Assembly (NCBI GenBank): GCA_002269645.1
Contig: NIVC01000269.1
Coordinates: forward strand, 124,001-188,000
Length of the DNA stretch: 64,000 nucleotides
Source of the DNA: Macrostomum lignano
Taxonomy: Eukaryota
Reading direction: 5' to 3'
The notes below the pieces were generated by a model. That model saw only the letters and a program-made list of their open reading frames with translations. It was not told the origin of the DNA and did no database searches. The translations under genes were made by a program, and so were the position numbers. The stretch's first letter is position 1. Every line of letters starts with the position of its first letter. Positions 17,355-31,558 of the stretch are shown piece by piece.

Positions 17355-17840
17355 CATGTACAGGTGACACTCCTGTCTAACAGTTGACACTCCTGTCTAA
17401 CAGGTGACACTCCTGTCTAACAGGTGACACTCCTGTCTAACAGGTGACACTCCTGTGTAACAGGTGACACTCCTGTCTAACAGTTGACACTCCTGTCTAA
17501 CAGGTGACACTCCTGTCTAACAGGTGACACTCCTGTCTAACAGGTGACACTCCTGTCTAACAGGTGACACTCCTGTCTAACAGGTGACACTCCTGTCTAA
17601 CAGGTGACACTCCTGTCTAACAGGTGACACTCTTGTCTAACAGGTGACACTCCTGTCTAACAGGTGACACTCCTGTCTAACAGGTGACACTCTTGTCTAA
17701 CAGGTGACACTCCTGTCTAACAGGTGACACTCTTGTCTAACAGGTGACACTCCTGTCTAACAGGTGACACTCCTGTCTAACAGGTGACACTCCTGTCTAA
17801 CAGGTGACACTTCTGTCTAAGAGGTGACACTTCTGTATAA
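17355..17840. repeat. 20-bp minisatellite CAGGTGACACTCCTGTCTAA, array 1
   Basis: Direct reading. Confidence 0.97.
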
Positions 17841-18717
17841 CAGGTGTCATTTTTCTAGTTCAAATATATCTGACTTTGTTGATTTGACATGTAACGCATT
17901 CCCATAAAAACCGATACAGATCCCTTCTATTCAAGATTATTACGGTCAGCTAACTGTAAAAAAGGAGCAGGATAAGGAAATAAGAAGGCAAAGGAAAATA
18001 ATTAGACAGAACAACAGACCAGTAAATGAGTTTCTTTGCAAAAGAGAATGGATTGATGGATAGATCGTAATAGATTGATATACAAGTACGTAACAGTGTA
18101 CATGTAATAGGAACAAGCCCATTCAAAGCCAATTAACTAAATGAGTGACGGTAGAACCCATCGCCATCCTCCCATTTCCTATGCACATCTTTGGCAGGGA
18201 AATCGAAACGCCCACGCACTCGGACAAATTATAATCCCTCTAAGCGCCTTCCGCGCTGGGTAAAACACAATTGACACTGCAATTCAGAAATTTGTTTTTT
18301 TTAATCTCACTGATGCATCCGCTTCCCGCTACTCTCTTCTGTACCCGCTGCCCTCTCAGTCTAATTGTAATAATGAAATTAAATATACAATTTTTACAAA
18401 AACAAATCTACCTAAATATGTTGACATTTTTACTGTAAGTAGCACTTTCCGAATAAAAAATATTTTTATGAGAGCTGACTGAGTCTTAAAAAAGAAACAG
18501 AACACTAAAACAAAAAATGACAAGACAATAAGAATGCAGTGGATTTTTTTCAAGGAAAACGTTGTGTTTTTCACTTTTATCCATGATTCCTTAGAAATAG
18601 AATATTAATGAACAAAGGTGTAATAAACATATTTATTTATATTTCTACCAATAATTACTAATGAGATTTATCAGCATATGCCTTTTTGATTTTCAGGTGC
18701 AAAAATTAATCAAAAAG

Positions 18718-19553
18718 GTCCTGTTTAACAGGTGACACTCCTGTCTAACAGGTGACACTCCTGTCTAACATGTGACACTCCTGTCTAACAGGTGACACTC
18801 CTGTCTAACATGTGACACTCCTGTTTAACAGGTGACACTCCTGTCTAACAAGTGACACTCCTGTCTAACAGGTGACACTCCTGTCTAACAGGTGACACTC
18901 CTGTTTAACAGGTGACACTCCTGTCTAACAAGTGACACTCCTGTCTAACAGGTGACACTCCTGTCTAACATGTGACACTCCTGTCTAACATGTGACACTC
19001 CTGTCTAACAGGTGACACTCCTGTCTAACAGGTGACACTCTTGTCTAACAGGTGACACCCCTGTCTAACAGGTGACACTCTTGTCTAACAGGTGACACTC
19101 TTGTCTAACAGGTGACACTCCTGTCTAACAGGTGACACTCTTGTCTAACAGGTGACACTCTTGTCTAACAGGTGACAGCCCTGTCTAACAGGTGACAACC
19201 CTGTCTAACAGGTGACAGCCCTGTCTAACAGGTGACAGCCCTGTCTAACAGGTGACAGCCCTGTCTAACAGGTGACAGCCCTGTCTAACAGGTGATAGCC
19301 CTGTCTAACAGGTGACAGCCCTGTCTAACAGGTGACAGCCCTGTCTAACAGGTGACAGCCCTGTCTAACAGGTGACAGCCCTGTCTAACAGGTGACAGCC
19401 CTGTCTAACAGGTGACAGCCCTGTCTAACAGGTGATAGCCCTGTCTAACAGGTGACAGCCCTGTCTAACAGGTGACAGCCCTGTCTAACAGGTGACAGCC
19501 CTGTCTAACAGGTGACAGCCCTGTCTAACAGGTGACAGCCCTGTCTAACAGGT
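18718..19553. repeat. Same 20-bp minisatellite, array 2 (ACTC changes to AGCC in the distal half)
   Basis: Direct reading. Confidence 0.97.
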
Positions 19554-20224
19554 ACTAATCTAAAAAACTGTGCAAAAAGCATCTACAACAGGCTATCTAT
19601 CGGTTTTCAACAGAACATACAAGATCTCAGTTTATAACTCGAATATTTGATTATGTTAACAAACGTTCATTTTGAACTTTCTTCACACTGACAAACTATT
19701 GGATACAAGCACTGTTTAAAATTGTTTTAATAAGTAAAATTTTACAAATTTCAATTGAATACATACGCTCGGACCTCATTGCACTCTTCACACGAGATAA
19801 TAAATAAACAAAAATTATAAAACCATATGTAAAATATTGCACTGGACACAAGCATTTTTACGCTAATAATTTTTTGATGAATATTTTTCTTTTACAATAA
19901 AAAAAATGAGAGAACAATTTGAAAAAAAACGAATTTTTTAAAACAAAAAGTTAATCTAAATCTAATACGCACTGGCTTTTATTGGAAGCTGATTAGTTAT
20001 TAAAAAAATTATAATACAGATTTTTAAATCTATTAGTAGTATATATACAAACTATAGTAGTAGGTTGTAGTAATGATTCACGCGCAGAAAAAGGCGTAAA
20101 TTCGCACTTTAATTATTATATTATTGTTAAGAAATTTGATTGCTTCTATAGCGCTGTTAGATTAAAATAGCAGATTTTTCATATTGATTTTCATACAGAT
20201 ATGAAAGCGATTCTCATAAAGATT

Positions 20225-21045
20225 AGGGCCACTCTCATGAAGATTCGAAGGCGATTCTCGTGGAAATTTGGAGAGGCGATTCTCGTGAAGATTTGAGGGC
20301 GATTCTCATGGAGATTTGAGGGCGATTCTCATGGAGATTTGAGGGCGATTCTCATGGAGATTTAAGGGCAATTCTTACAGAGATATGAGGGTGATTCTCT
20401 TAGAAATTTGAGGGCGATTCTCATAAAGATTTGAGGGCGATTCTCACAGTGATTTGAGGGCGATTCTCATGGAGATTTGAGGGCGATTCTCATGGAGATT
20501 TGAGGGCGATTCTCATGGAGATTTGAGGGCAATTCTTACAGAGATTTGAGGGCGATTCTCGTGGAAATTTGGAGAGGCGATTCTCGTGAAGATTTGAGGG
20601 CGATTCTCATGGAGATTTGAGAGCAATTCTTACAGAGATTTGAGGGCGATTCTCATGGAGATTTGAGGGCGATTCTCATGGAGATTTGAGGGCGATTCTC
20701 ATAAAGATTTGAGAGTGATTCTCATGGAGATTTGAGTGCGATTCTCATGGAGATTTGAGGGCGATTCTCATAAAAATTTGAGAGTGATTCTCATGGAGAT
20801 TTGAGGGCGATTCTCATAAAGATTTGAGAGTGATTCTCATGGAGATTTGAGGGCGATTCTCATGGAGATTTGAGGGCGATTCTCATAAAGATTTGAGAGT
20901 GATTCTCATGGAGATTTGAGAGTGATTCTCATGGAGATTTGAGGGCGATTCTCATGGAGATTTGAGGGCGATTCTCATAAAGATTTGAGAGTGATTCTCA
21001 TGGAGATTCGAGGGCGATTCTCATGGAGATTTGAGGGCGATTCTT
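20225..21045. repeat. 23-bp minisatellite GATTTGAGGGCGATTCTCATGGA
   Basis: Direct reading; lies just 3' of the SLC35A4-like stop codon. Confidence 0.95.
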
Positions 21046-21176
21046 TGTCAACACGAAAAACAAGACTGATTGGTAAATTAATAATTAATTTCAGTAGGAA
21101 TTCTTCTAATAGTACAAACTATTTTTACTAACTATAATATGCGGTATAGTTAAGCTTTAAAATTAATTAATATAGT

Positions 21177-24100
21177 TTACATATTGTACATGTACTGGGC
21201 AACAACAACAAAGACCAAGGACAAAAAGAAGTATATGTTCAGCTGTAGATGAAAGATCAATACCGACAATATAGTGGTGAGTACCATTGCCGCCGAGACT
21301 AGGAACAGCTTGCTGATGTTGGAGGCGAATTTCATAATTACTCCCATGATCATCCCGCCAATTGCCTGCAGAGGAAAACGTGTTAATGTTTGATAACTTA
21401 ATAACTTCACAAGGCTGGCTTGGGGTCTACAGGGAATTAAATTGACAAATTAGTTCTATAGGAATTGCTCTGATGGGAATTCTCTAGTAGGAGAATTATC
21501 CTGATGGTAATTCTCCAGTAAGGAGAATTATCTTGATGAGAATTCCCCAGTAAGGAGAATTATCCTGATGTGAATTTACCAGAGGGAATTATCCTGATAG
21601 GAATTATTCAGTTAAGATAATTATACAAGGGGAAATTTACCAGAGAGGGGAATTATCCTAATGTGAATAGATCAGAGAGGGAATTGTCCTGATTGGAATT
21701 TATCAGTAGGATAATTATTCTGATGGGAATTCCACAGTAAGGAGAATTATTGTCATGGAAATTCTCCATTAAAGAGAATTATCCTGACGGGAGTTCTCCT
21801 GAGAGGGGAATTATCCTGATGGGAATTCTCCAGAGAGGGGAATTATCCCGATGGGAATTCTCCAGAGAGGGGAATTATCCTGATGGGAATTCTCCAAAGA
21901 GGAGAATTATCCTGACGGGAATTCTCCAGAGAGGGGAATTATCCTGACGGGAATTCTCCAGAGAGGGGAATTATCCTGATGGGAATTCTCCACAGAGGGG
22001 AATTATCCTGATGAGAATTCTCCACAGAGGGGAATTATCCTGATGGGAATTCTCCACATGGGAATTCTCCAGAGAGGGGAATTATCCTGATGGGAATTCT
22101 CCAGAGAGGGGAATTATCCTGATGGGAATTCTCCACAGAGGGGAATTATCCTGATGGGAATTCTCCACAGAGGGGAATTATCCTGATGGGAATTCTCCAG
22201 ATGGGAATTCTCCAGAGAGGGGAATTATCCTGATGGGAATTCTCCAGAGAGCGAAATTATCCAGATGGGAATTTACCAGCGAGGGTAATTGGCCTAGCTG
22301 AATTCTATACGGAGAATTTTAATTAGCTAGGTAGAAATTGCTCAGCATGGAATTAATGTAAGAGAGAACTCTTGAAGAGGGAATTACAGTAGCCTAAAGC
22401 TAATTAAATTTAGTACAATTTACATTAATTAACTGACCTGAGATAAGATTAGCACCCAAGTCAAAAAGGTGAATCCGCGAAACAGATCGAACGAGCTGTC
22501 GGACCTGCCACGAGCCTGGACAACAAAGGTTAGCAAATTGACGGCAACTCCAAAGACGTAAAGCAGAGCGTTCTGCATGTTGATATTGAGAGCCGGCTGC
22601 TTTTTGAGCACGTATTCGGTGTAGACTCCGGCCAGCCCGGACACTGTGCAATAGGCGCTGATCATGAACAGGCCCAGCGGTGTGATGTGCAGGGTGGATG
22701 CCTTATTGATGTCAGGAGCTCCGGTGCTTCGTTGCAGTCCGCCCCAGCTGTTGCTGACGCCGGCAGCGAAGAGGACAAACAGAGATGCCCACTGGATCTG
22801 GCTGAGCGGCTTCTTGATTATAAGCCGGAATAGCACGGCCGTTGTGAGGATTTTCAGATTTCCCAGCACCTTGGGGTGTTTTGTAGGTAGTTAATGAGGA
22901 TTAGTTTGCATTGCTATAGCTAGTTAGCTATTAGTGAACAGGCATGTAAACTCTATGATTTGGGGGTTGGCCCTCATGGCATAAGGAATCACTTAGACTG
23001 GAATGTCAAAATCTAGAATAAAAATGAGATAGCAGATTTGGTTTAGTGAGATTTTGAGGGTCTCGGTTCGGGATCAGTGGGATCACAGATTAGGGATCAG
23101 TGGGATCACAGATTAGGGATCAGTGGGATCACATATTAGGGATCAGTGGGATCACAGATTGGGGATAAGTAGGATTACAGATTGGGAATCAGTGGGATCA
23201 CAGATTGGGATCAGTGGGATCACAGATTAGGGATCAGTGGGATCACAGATAAGGGATCAGTGGGATCACAGATTAGGGATCAGTGGGATCACAGATTAGG
23301 GATCAGTGGGATCACAGATTGGGGATAAGTAGGATTACAGATTGGGAATCAGTGGGATCACAGATTAGGGATCAGTGGGATCACATATTAGGGATCAGTG
23401 GGATCACAGATTGGGGATAAGTAGGATTACAGATTGGGAATCAGTGGGATCACAGATTGGGATCAGTGGGATCACAGATTAGGGATCAGTGGGATCACAG
23501 ATAAGGGATCAGTGGGATCACAGATTAGGGATCAGTGGGATCACAGATTAGGGATCAGTGGGATCACAGATTGGGGATAAGTAGGATTACAGATTGGGAA
23601 TCAGTGGGATCACAGATTGGGATCAGTGGGATCACAGATTAGGGATCAGTGGGATCACAGATAAGGGATCAGTGGGATCACAGATTAGGGATCAGTGGGA
23701 TCACAGATTAGGGATCAGTGGGATTACAGATAGGGATCAGTGGGATTACTGATTGGGGATCAGTGGGATTACAGATAGGGATCAGTGGGATCCCAGATGG
23801 GGATCAGTGGGATCACAGATTGGGATCAGTGGGATTACTGATTGGGGATCAGTGGGATCAGTGGGATCACAGATTACGGATCAGTGGGATTACTGATTGG
23901 GGATCAGTGGGATTACAGATAGGGATCAGTGGGATCACAGATTGGGGATCAGTGGGATTACTGATTGGGGATCAGTGGGATTACTGATTGGGGATCAGTG
24001 GGATTACAGATAGGGATCAGTGGGATCACAGATGGGGATCAGTGGGATCACAGATTGGGATCAGTGGGATCACAGATGGGGATCAGTGGGATCACAGATT

Positions 24101-25888
24101 GGGGATCAATGGGATCACAGATTGGGATCAGTGGGATCACAGATAGGGATCAGTGGGATCACAGATGGGGATCAGTGGGATCACAGATTGAGGATCAGTG
24201 GGATTACTGATTGGGGATCAGTGGGATCACTGATTGGGGATCAGTGGAATTTAGGATCAATAAGATTACTGATTGGGGATCAGTGGGATCACAGATTGGG
24301 ATCAGTGAGATCACAGATTGGGGATTAGTGGGATTACTGATTGGGGATCAGTGGAAGTTAGGATCAATAAGATTACTGATTGGGGATCAGTGGGATCACA
24401 GATTGGGATCAGTGAGATCACAGATTGGGGATCAGTGGGATCACAGATTGGGATCAGTGAGATCACAGATTGAGATCACTGCAATCACAGATTGGGGATC
24501 AGAGGGATCTCAGATTGGGGATCATTAAAAATACCAATTATAAACAAGCACACAAGCAACAGGCACCTGATAAGTGGCCGGGTCCATCTGCAGCTGAATG
24601 TACACGGCCAGATTGTTATTAAGAGCGTACAGCAGAGCCGGAACCAGGTAAAGCACGGCTCCCCGAGGCGAAGGCAGTTCGAACCGACCCAGACGCCGAG
24701 CCTCAGGCAGATACAGACCCAGCGATAAAAACAGCTTTGTAAACTCGGTGATCAGCACCATGCTTGACGAGGACCAGGGGATGGCGCCATCAACTTCCAT
24801 GAGGTGAACCAGGATGGTGTAGGATGAGTACACGAGGGTGCTGTGAAGGTTAGGGAAGAGCGGTAACATGCACTCTGGATATTACTCAGACGAGATGGGA
24901 TTTCAGTCTTGAGGAAAATCCCCAAATCTACTCAGATGGGATGGGATTTCAGTCACGGAAAAATCCCAAATCTGCTCAAAATATGAGATGGGTTTTCAGT
25001 CACGGAAAAAAATCCCAAATCTGCTCAAAATATGAGATGGGTTTTCAGTCACGGAAAAAATCCCAAATCTGCTCAAAATATGAGATGGGATTTGTCACGG
25101 AAAAAATCCCAAATCTGCTTAAAATGAGATGGGATTTCAGTCACGGAAAAAATCCCAAATCTGCTCAAAATATGAGATGGGTTTTCAGTCACGGAAAAAA
25201 TCCCAAATCTGCTCAAAATATGAGATGGGTTTTCAGTCACGGAAAAAATCCCAAATCTGCTCAAAATATGAGATGGGATTTCAGTCACATGGAAAAATCC
25301 CAAATCTACTCAGAAGATGAGATGGGATTTCAGTCACGGGAAAAATCCCCAAAATACTACTTTAAAGATGAGATGGGATTTAGTCAAGGGAAAAATTCTA
25401 AATCTACTCAAAAGATGAGATGGGATTTTAGTTTCAGAAAGAATTTCCAAATCTACTTAGATGAGATGGGATTTCAGTCTTGGTGAAAAATCCCTAAAAT
25501 ACTACTATGAAGATGTGAGGAGATTTCAGTTTCGGGAAAAACCTCCGAAACGTACTCACATACTATAATGCACCTCACATTAAAAGAAAGATTATTTTAA
25601 CTTACCCAACAACGAACAGAAATTTAAACAGCACTGGATTCATGTAGGGCTCTTTAACGACTCCACTATTGGAGTCTGTTAGAGTCGCAGAAGCAGAGCT
25701 AACAGGACCGGATTCTGGGGACTGCTTATGCAGATGATGATGATGCAGATTGCGCTGACTATCCGACGGTTCCATACAGACAGACGACATATCAGTATCG
25801 GAATTTTGCTCCTGGGAAGACTTCATTGACAAACGCTGGGGACAATTTTTAGCATTCGACAAGAGGAACACTTGAGAAATTGAGTTAG
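21177..25888 (-). CDS. SLC35A4: Nucleotide-sugar transporter, SLC35A4-like
   Basis: Exons 25888-25606 (first ATG 25826), 24840-24567, 22869-22438 and 21365-21177 splice in frame. Motifs LLYALNNNL, QMDPATYQVLGNLKI, HITPLG, YCTVSGLAGVYTE, QNALLYVFG and ILSQAIGGMIMGVIMKFASNI closely match SLC35A4 as I recall it. Confidence 0.9.
21460..22290. repeat. ~32-bp minisatellite GGGGAATTATCCTGATGGGAATTCTCCAGAGA (SLC35A4 intron)
   Basis: Direct reading; degenerate at the left end. Confidence 0.93.
23070..24525. repeat. 22-23-bp minisatellite GGGATCAGTGGGATCACAGATT(A/G) (SLC35A4 intron)
   Basis: Direct reading. Confidence 0.96.
24890..25530. repeat. ~48-bp minisatellite GAGATGGGTTTTCAGTCACGGAAAAAATCCCAAATCTGCTCAAAATAT (SLC35A4 intron)
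   Basis: Direct reading. Confidence 0.93.
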
Positions 25889-26309
25889 CTGCAAAAAACA
25901 CAGAGAGAGAGAGAAATAGAAGACAAAAAATGTAGTCAGCCAGCCTATCTGCAGACAGAAGCAACCCTAGCAAAAAAAAGAAACTAAAAAAATCGCCTGA
26001 CTTCAGCGCTTGAAAGAAAAACCAATCTATAGCTAGCTGACATTATAAAACTCTACAAAAGAACCTTTCTATTTGTCCAGCCGCTAGCGTTGCCACAATA
26101 TCCAAAAGTCAACTACCTTTTCTATGCACACTTTTACAACGGATTGTGTTTTGTCGAGGTTATGTTGAAAAAGATTAAACAACTTTGAATGAAATAATTT
26201 AAGCAGATTATATGGCAACAGCAGAAGTTGAAATGGTAACAAAAATTTTGTTCCTTTTCACTGGATTTTATAGAATAAAAAATGTAAGAGTATTTACACA
26301 AGGGTGACA

Positions 26310-26930
26310 GTGAGAGACTAAGGCTGGAGTGAGAAAGTTGGATTGACAGAGTGAGAGATTGGAGTGCCAGAGTGAGAGATTGGAGTGTCAGAGTGAGAGA
26401 TTGGAGTGCCAGAGTGAGAGATTGAAGTGCCAGAATGAGAGATTGAAGTGCCAGAATGAGAGATTGGAGTGCCAGAGTCAGAGATTGGAGTGCCAGAGTG
26501 AGAGATTGGAGTGCCAGAGTCAGAGATTGGAGTGCCAGAGTGAGAGATTGGAGTGCCAGAGTCAGAGATTGGAGTGCCAGAGTCAGAGATTGGAGTGCCA
26601 GAGTGAGAGATTGGAGTGCCAGAGTGAGAGATTAGAGCGCCAGAGTGAGAGATTGGAGTGTCAGAGTGAGAGATTGGAGTGTCAGAGTGAGAAACTGGAG
26701 TGCCAGCGTGAGAGATTGGAGTGAATGAATGAGAAACTGAAGTGCCAGCGTGAGAGATTGGAGTGAATGAATGAGAAACTGAAGTGCCAGCGTGAGAGAT
26801 TGGAGTGAATGAATGAGAAACTGGAGTGCCAGAGTGAGAGATTGGAGTGAATGAATGAGAAACTGGAGTGCAAGAGCGAGAGATTGGAGTGCCAGAATGG
26901 GAGATTGGAGTGCCAAAGTGAGATATTGGA
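26310..26930. repeat. 21-bp minisatellite GAGTGAGAGATTGGAGTGCCA
   Basis: Direct reading; explains the LECQSER ORF. Confidence 0.93.
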
Positions 26931-27249
26931 ATTCAAAATTGAGCTGTACTCAGTGAGAACAAGTATTTGCAGTCTACTTGCATAGCTCAAACAAAAAAGT
27001 TCTAAAAGTTTAAAGAAACAAAGCCAGACATTTGTTTACTGTAAGGTAGAAAATCTATAGTATTGAATTGACTGAACTAAAGCCATTGAAATTCAAACAA
27101 TAGGTCCTACGCTTTTGTTTGCTATTCAGCGAAACTAAGGATCAAGATTTAGAATAAAATTAAGAGCTCTCAGGAGCGTTAAGAAACTGATCTTTTTAAA
27201 ATGGATACAGCCTTTGATGGAGATACACTGAACGACTTCCACTAAAGTG

Positions 27250-27830
27250 TGACACCCAGTTTGGCACTCTTTACACACCAGTTTGGCACTCTTTACACAC
27301 CAGTTTGGCACTCTTTACACACCAGTTTGTCACTCTTTACACACCATTTAGCACTCTTTACACACCAGTTTGGCACTTCTTTACACACCAGTTTGGCACT
27401 CTTTACACACCAGTTTGGCACTCTTTACACACCAGTTTGTCACTCTTTACACACCATTTAGCACTCTTTACACACCAGTTTGGCACTTCTTTACACACCA
27501 GTTTGGCACTCTTTACACACCAGTTTGGCACTCTTTACACACCAGTTTGGCATTCTTTACATACCAGTATGGCACTCTTTACACATCAGTTTGGCACTCT
27601 TTACATCCCAGTTTGGCACTCTACACACCATTTGGCACTCTTTACATCCCAGTTTGGCACTCTTTAAACACACCAGTTTGGCACTATTTACACACTATTT
27701 GGCACTTTTTACAACCAGTTTGGCACTCCTTACATATCATTTGGCACTCTTTACACCCAGTTTGGCACTCTTTACACCCACTTTGGGACTCTACAAACAG
27801 TTTGGCACTCTTTACACCCAGTTTGGCATT
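27250..27830. repeat. ~22-bp minisatellite TTGGCACTCTTTACACACCAGT
   Basis: Direct reading. Confidence 0.93.
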
Positions 27831-30679
27831 TGGACATATTTGTATGACTTCTTTGAACAAAATAGTTACATTATATGTATTTTTACATTTTGCAACTATT
27901 GAAACTTTGCAACTAGGCATCTATAACTATTAAAGCTTATAAAAACATATGTTCCTATTATTATTATTCATGGAAACAAAAAAGGCCTACTATACTACAT
28001 TTTTTAGACTTAGTAATTTTAATCCTATAATATTAGGCCCTAGTTGTATGGATAATAAATCTTGGCAATTGTCAAGTTTTATTTAATAAACTGTTTTGAT
28101 TCTAGGAAATTTATCTATTAACTATTTTAAGCAGAATTAAAAATTTTAAGGGATTAAGCCTAAGTAAGCACTATTTCTACATTTCAAAACTTGTTATAAT
28201 GTATTTGATTCTAGAAAGCTACAGTAGTCTATGGCCAAAACTTTTTACTATATAAAAAAACTTATTGACTACATTCTACAATATAGAACCTATCCAAGTA
28301 ATACTTTTTGAGGACAAAGTTATTAATAGATCAGCCTCTAACTTTTATAGCTTCTTGTCCTAAGAGTCAAGTAGTCTCTGGCCATATTATGTAAAGTATA
28401 ATATATGCCCAAAATTCTTATTTACAAATGTTTTAGCTAGTATACATGTAGCATACAAGGAAGAAAAATAGGCCTAGTTAAAGGAAGAAAATTATAAATT
28501 TTGGCATTTTCATTGGATTAAAATTATTAACTAGGCCTATACTTGTTCAAGCTTGCAGCATAGTGTATAAAAACAGAAATATTTGACATGATTGTGTAAA
28601 TTATGCGAAATAATCCTTTGCTATAATATATATAAGTTTTAATTTTTTAAATTAAATCGTAACAACAAATTAGGTTTTCAAATTATATAGGCCCTAATAA
28701 AATTTTCTACCAATTTCCTAGATTCAAAAAATTTAACAAACAAAATTTGATAGTGGGGTAATAGTTAAATCTTTCTAATAGTTAATTACTTAAGTCTTTT
28801 TATCACATTTTTAACAAATATCTATAAAAATAGGCCTGACATCCTTTTGCTTTATTTCCTTTCAGCTAAGCCCCTAAGATGTCTATAATAAAATATATAT
28901 CATTAAAAATGAAGAAACTAGATAGTGCACTTAATAAGGTCTAGTTAGGCAATTAAATTTTTCATTGAACAGAATCAAGAATATATAATTAAATTAATAA
29001 ATTATGATTACAAATATATATTACAAATTTGATTCCTATCCCATTCAATGCAACATACTAAAATTAAATGAGTTGTTTATCACTAACATATTATCAATTC
29101 TAAATATACTTAATGCAAAAAATTAACATTAAAATTGACTAGGCCTTATTTTAGGCCTAAGTAGCCTGATTCTGCTTGGCAGCATGGATTGGTAGGTCTA
29201 AACTACTACACCAAAAAATTATTTTGTTTTACAAAGGAATGGCAACTGCAACTACATAGCCTATCGATTTAAACAGGAAATAGTTCAGATATAAAATTGG
29301 TTTCTAAAGTCAAAGACGAAAAGAGAATGCAAATTTCCTGTTCAGTCTTGAGTTTTCTCGTCTTGAGTGAGTCCTTAATTAATAGGGCCTATAATACACC
29401 ACAAATGAGTCTGAAAAAGAGAAAGCTAAAACTCTCCGATCAGAGTCAGACTCCAATACTTTATCTTTCCGTGTTGCATGCATTGATTACTAGGCCTAAT
29501 TTTTATTGCTAGGGCCTATTGCGAAGTGACCGTTATGCTTAGACAGCTAAGTGAAGATATAAGATATACTTACGCGCGGGCCCGCCTTTCATGCATCATC
29601 GTGGTTTAAATCGGTGTGATAACTGATTTCTTACGGAGTAGGCACTATTATAACACACCATTTTGTTTATAATTAAGTTTATAATTTTGTATTAAAATTA
29701 ATTTTGTTTATTATAATTAATTTATTAAACTTTCGACTTTCTCAAACTCAATATTTATTTCCTGATTATAAGGACGCAAAAAACCACTATAAAAGCTTTT
29801 GAAAGTTGAAACTAGGTTCTAAACTACACGGTAACTGTACTGGTGCGATTTTAAAATTCAATGTCTGTGCCCTTTTCGGACTTGAGCTTGCTGCTTTTAG
29901 GAAATAATAATTTAAGATTTTAAAGAGCATGACATTGGCAGACTTTAAGAGAGTTTTAACGGAGAAAATTTTATCGGATAGTCTAAATCTCCAGGTTACA
30001 TGTAGATAAGAGTTAGCTGAGGCCAAGCAGTTACGTGATGCTCTCCGAGGCCGTTGCCAAATGACTCCCTCTCTCTTATCGGCAGCGTGGATCTTTAGAT
30101 GTCACTTACCTGTTTCTGAAATTAGGCTTATTACGTCAAAAATGTGTGGAAAATGGCAAACATAATGGGGGTGAGCGTGCGAGAATAGGGAAATGAGTTA
30201 GTGATCATGCATATTATTATTGTTTTCAAAGGATAGTAAAAGATAGTAGATCAATAGATGAATTAAAACTCATACGAGAGTAAAGTGGAAAGATAGAAGG
30301 AATAATGAGAGGGAATTGAGGAGGGTTACACCAGATAGGCAAGCTTATAGAGAGACGGGAGTGCATGGTTTTAGCTAGGGAGTTTTAAAGCAGAGTGGTC
30401 TACTGCACAGAGAGGAACAAATAAAATAGATATATAGATATAGCGACTAACTGGGCATTAAAAATTATTTGCGCAAGGATATCTCATTTTTTGCCCGCCA
30501 GCGGATTATTTCTGACTGCATAGGATAGTTCTTGGATTTATTGAAATAAAAACAGCTTAATAAACTCGTGAGAAACCCATTATTGTGCAAAATAAGGGAG
30601 CATTTTTTTAAGAAAATTGCATGCTCATTTAAACTTGCAAGACTGTACAATTTCGGAATCTTACCTTTTTAATTAAGGA

Positions 30680-31558
30680 CTCGATCGCCAAGGTACTACC
30701 AGAGTGAAAGCTGTGATCCTCTGATCCGAAACCGAAGACTACTACCACCGCGGCCGCAGCTTGCGAAGTTGATTTCGCTGCATTTTGTAAATCAACAGAG
30801 AGCAGCGAGCCGGAAGCTCCAGTGGCTGCCAAGGAAGATGAAGATCCTGGACCGGACATCCATGTTAACTGCGTGCCCAGAGAAGAAATCGACAAGGTGA
30901 GAGCACTTAAAAAATCTTCGGCACAGATACAAATAGGCTTCTATCTACTCATAGCTGGTCCAAGAAAAGTACAAAGGCTGTTGAACTCTTAAGGCGCTCA
31001 AAGCATAGGCAAATTAAACAAAGAGCCAAGATCCTAAAATATGTGATTCGAGAGTTAAGGGCCAAATGTATTTTGAATGAAGCTGCTGCATCTCGGCTGA
31101 ATTTCTTGCCCTCCGATTCACTGCTTAGCAGCATTTTGCCAAGCAAGATTGCTAAGAGGACAAGAATATTCTCCCACGAAGTGCGGAAATTCGCCTCCAC
31201 ATTGCACTTTTACAGCCCGAAGGCCTATATGCGTATGTGAGACAGTACTTTCAGCTTCCGCATCCAGCTTCGCTTAGAAGATGGCTCTCGAATGCAAAAT
31301 GCTTTCCAGGATTTTGTGACCAAGCCTTTCAGGAACTTTCTCGGCGACGCAGCTCCAATGATGACCGATCCTTCGACTACTGCAACGTTGTAGCTGATGA
31401 AATGTCACTGGAAGCGATGGTTGAGTGGAATTCAAATGAAGGCAGTTTCTTTGGCTATGTTGATAAAGGCGATGGCAAGTCAACTGGTCAGGAGGCAACT
31501 TCAGCATTGGTAGTGACGGAAGTGAGTCTCAAGAGCTATTGGAAGCTACCTTTAGGAT
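30680..31558 (+). pseudogene. THAP9/P-element-like transposase, 5' part (frameshifted)
   Basis: FSHEVRKFASTLHFYSPKAY / VRQYFQLPHPASLRRW..PGF..CNVVADEMSL..FGYVDKG..EATSALV..YWKLPLG is the P-element transposase signature. It stops at the Gypsy LTR edge. Confidence 0.88.

Noticed and set aside
21460-22290. NF-kB-like GGGAATTCTCC sites
   Set aside because: Imperfect match within an intronic minisatellite, with no independent support.
26359-26724. LECQSER coiled-coil-like ORF
   Set aside because: 21-bp minisatellite with no unique coding flanks.
30460-30730. THAP zinc-finger domain and P-element TIRs upstream of the transposase
   Set aside because: Only a weak LDRQGTTRVKAV resemblance; the C2CH residues and TIR/TSD could not be identified.
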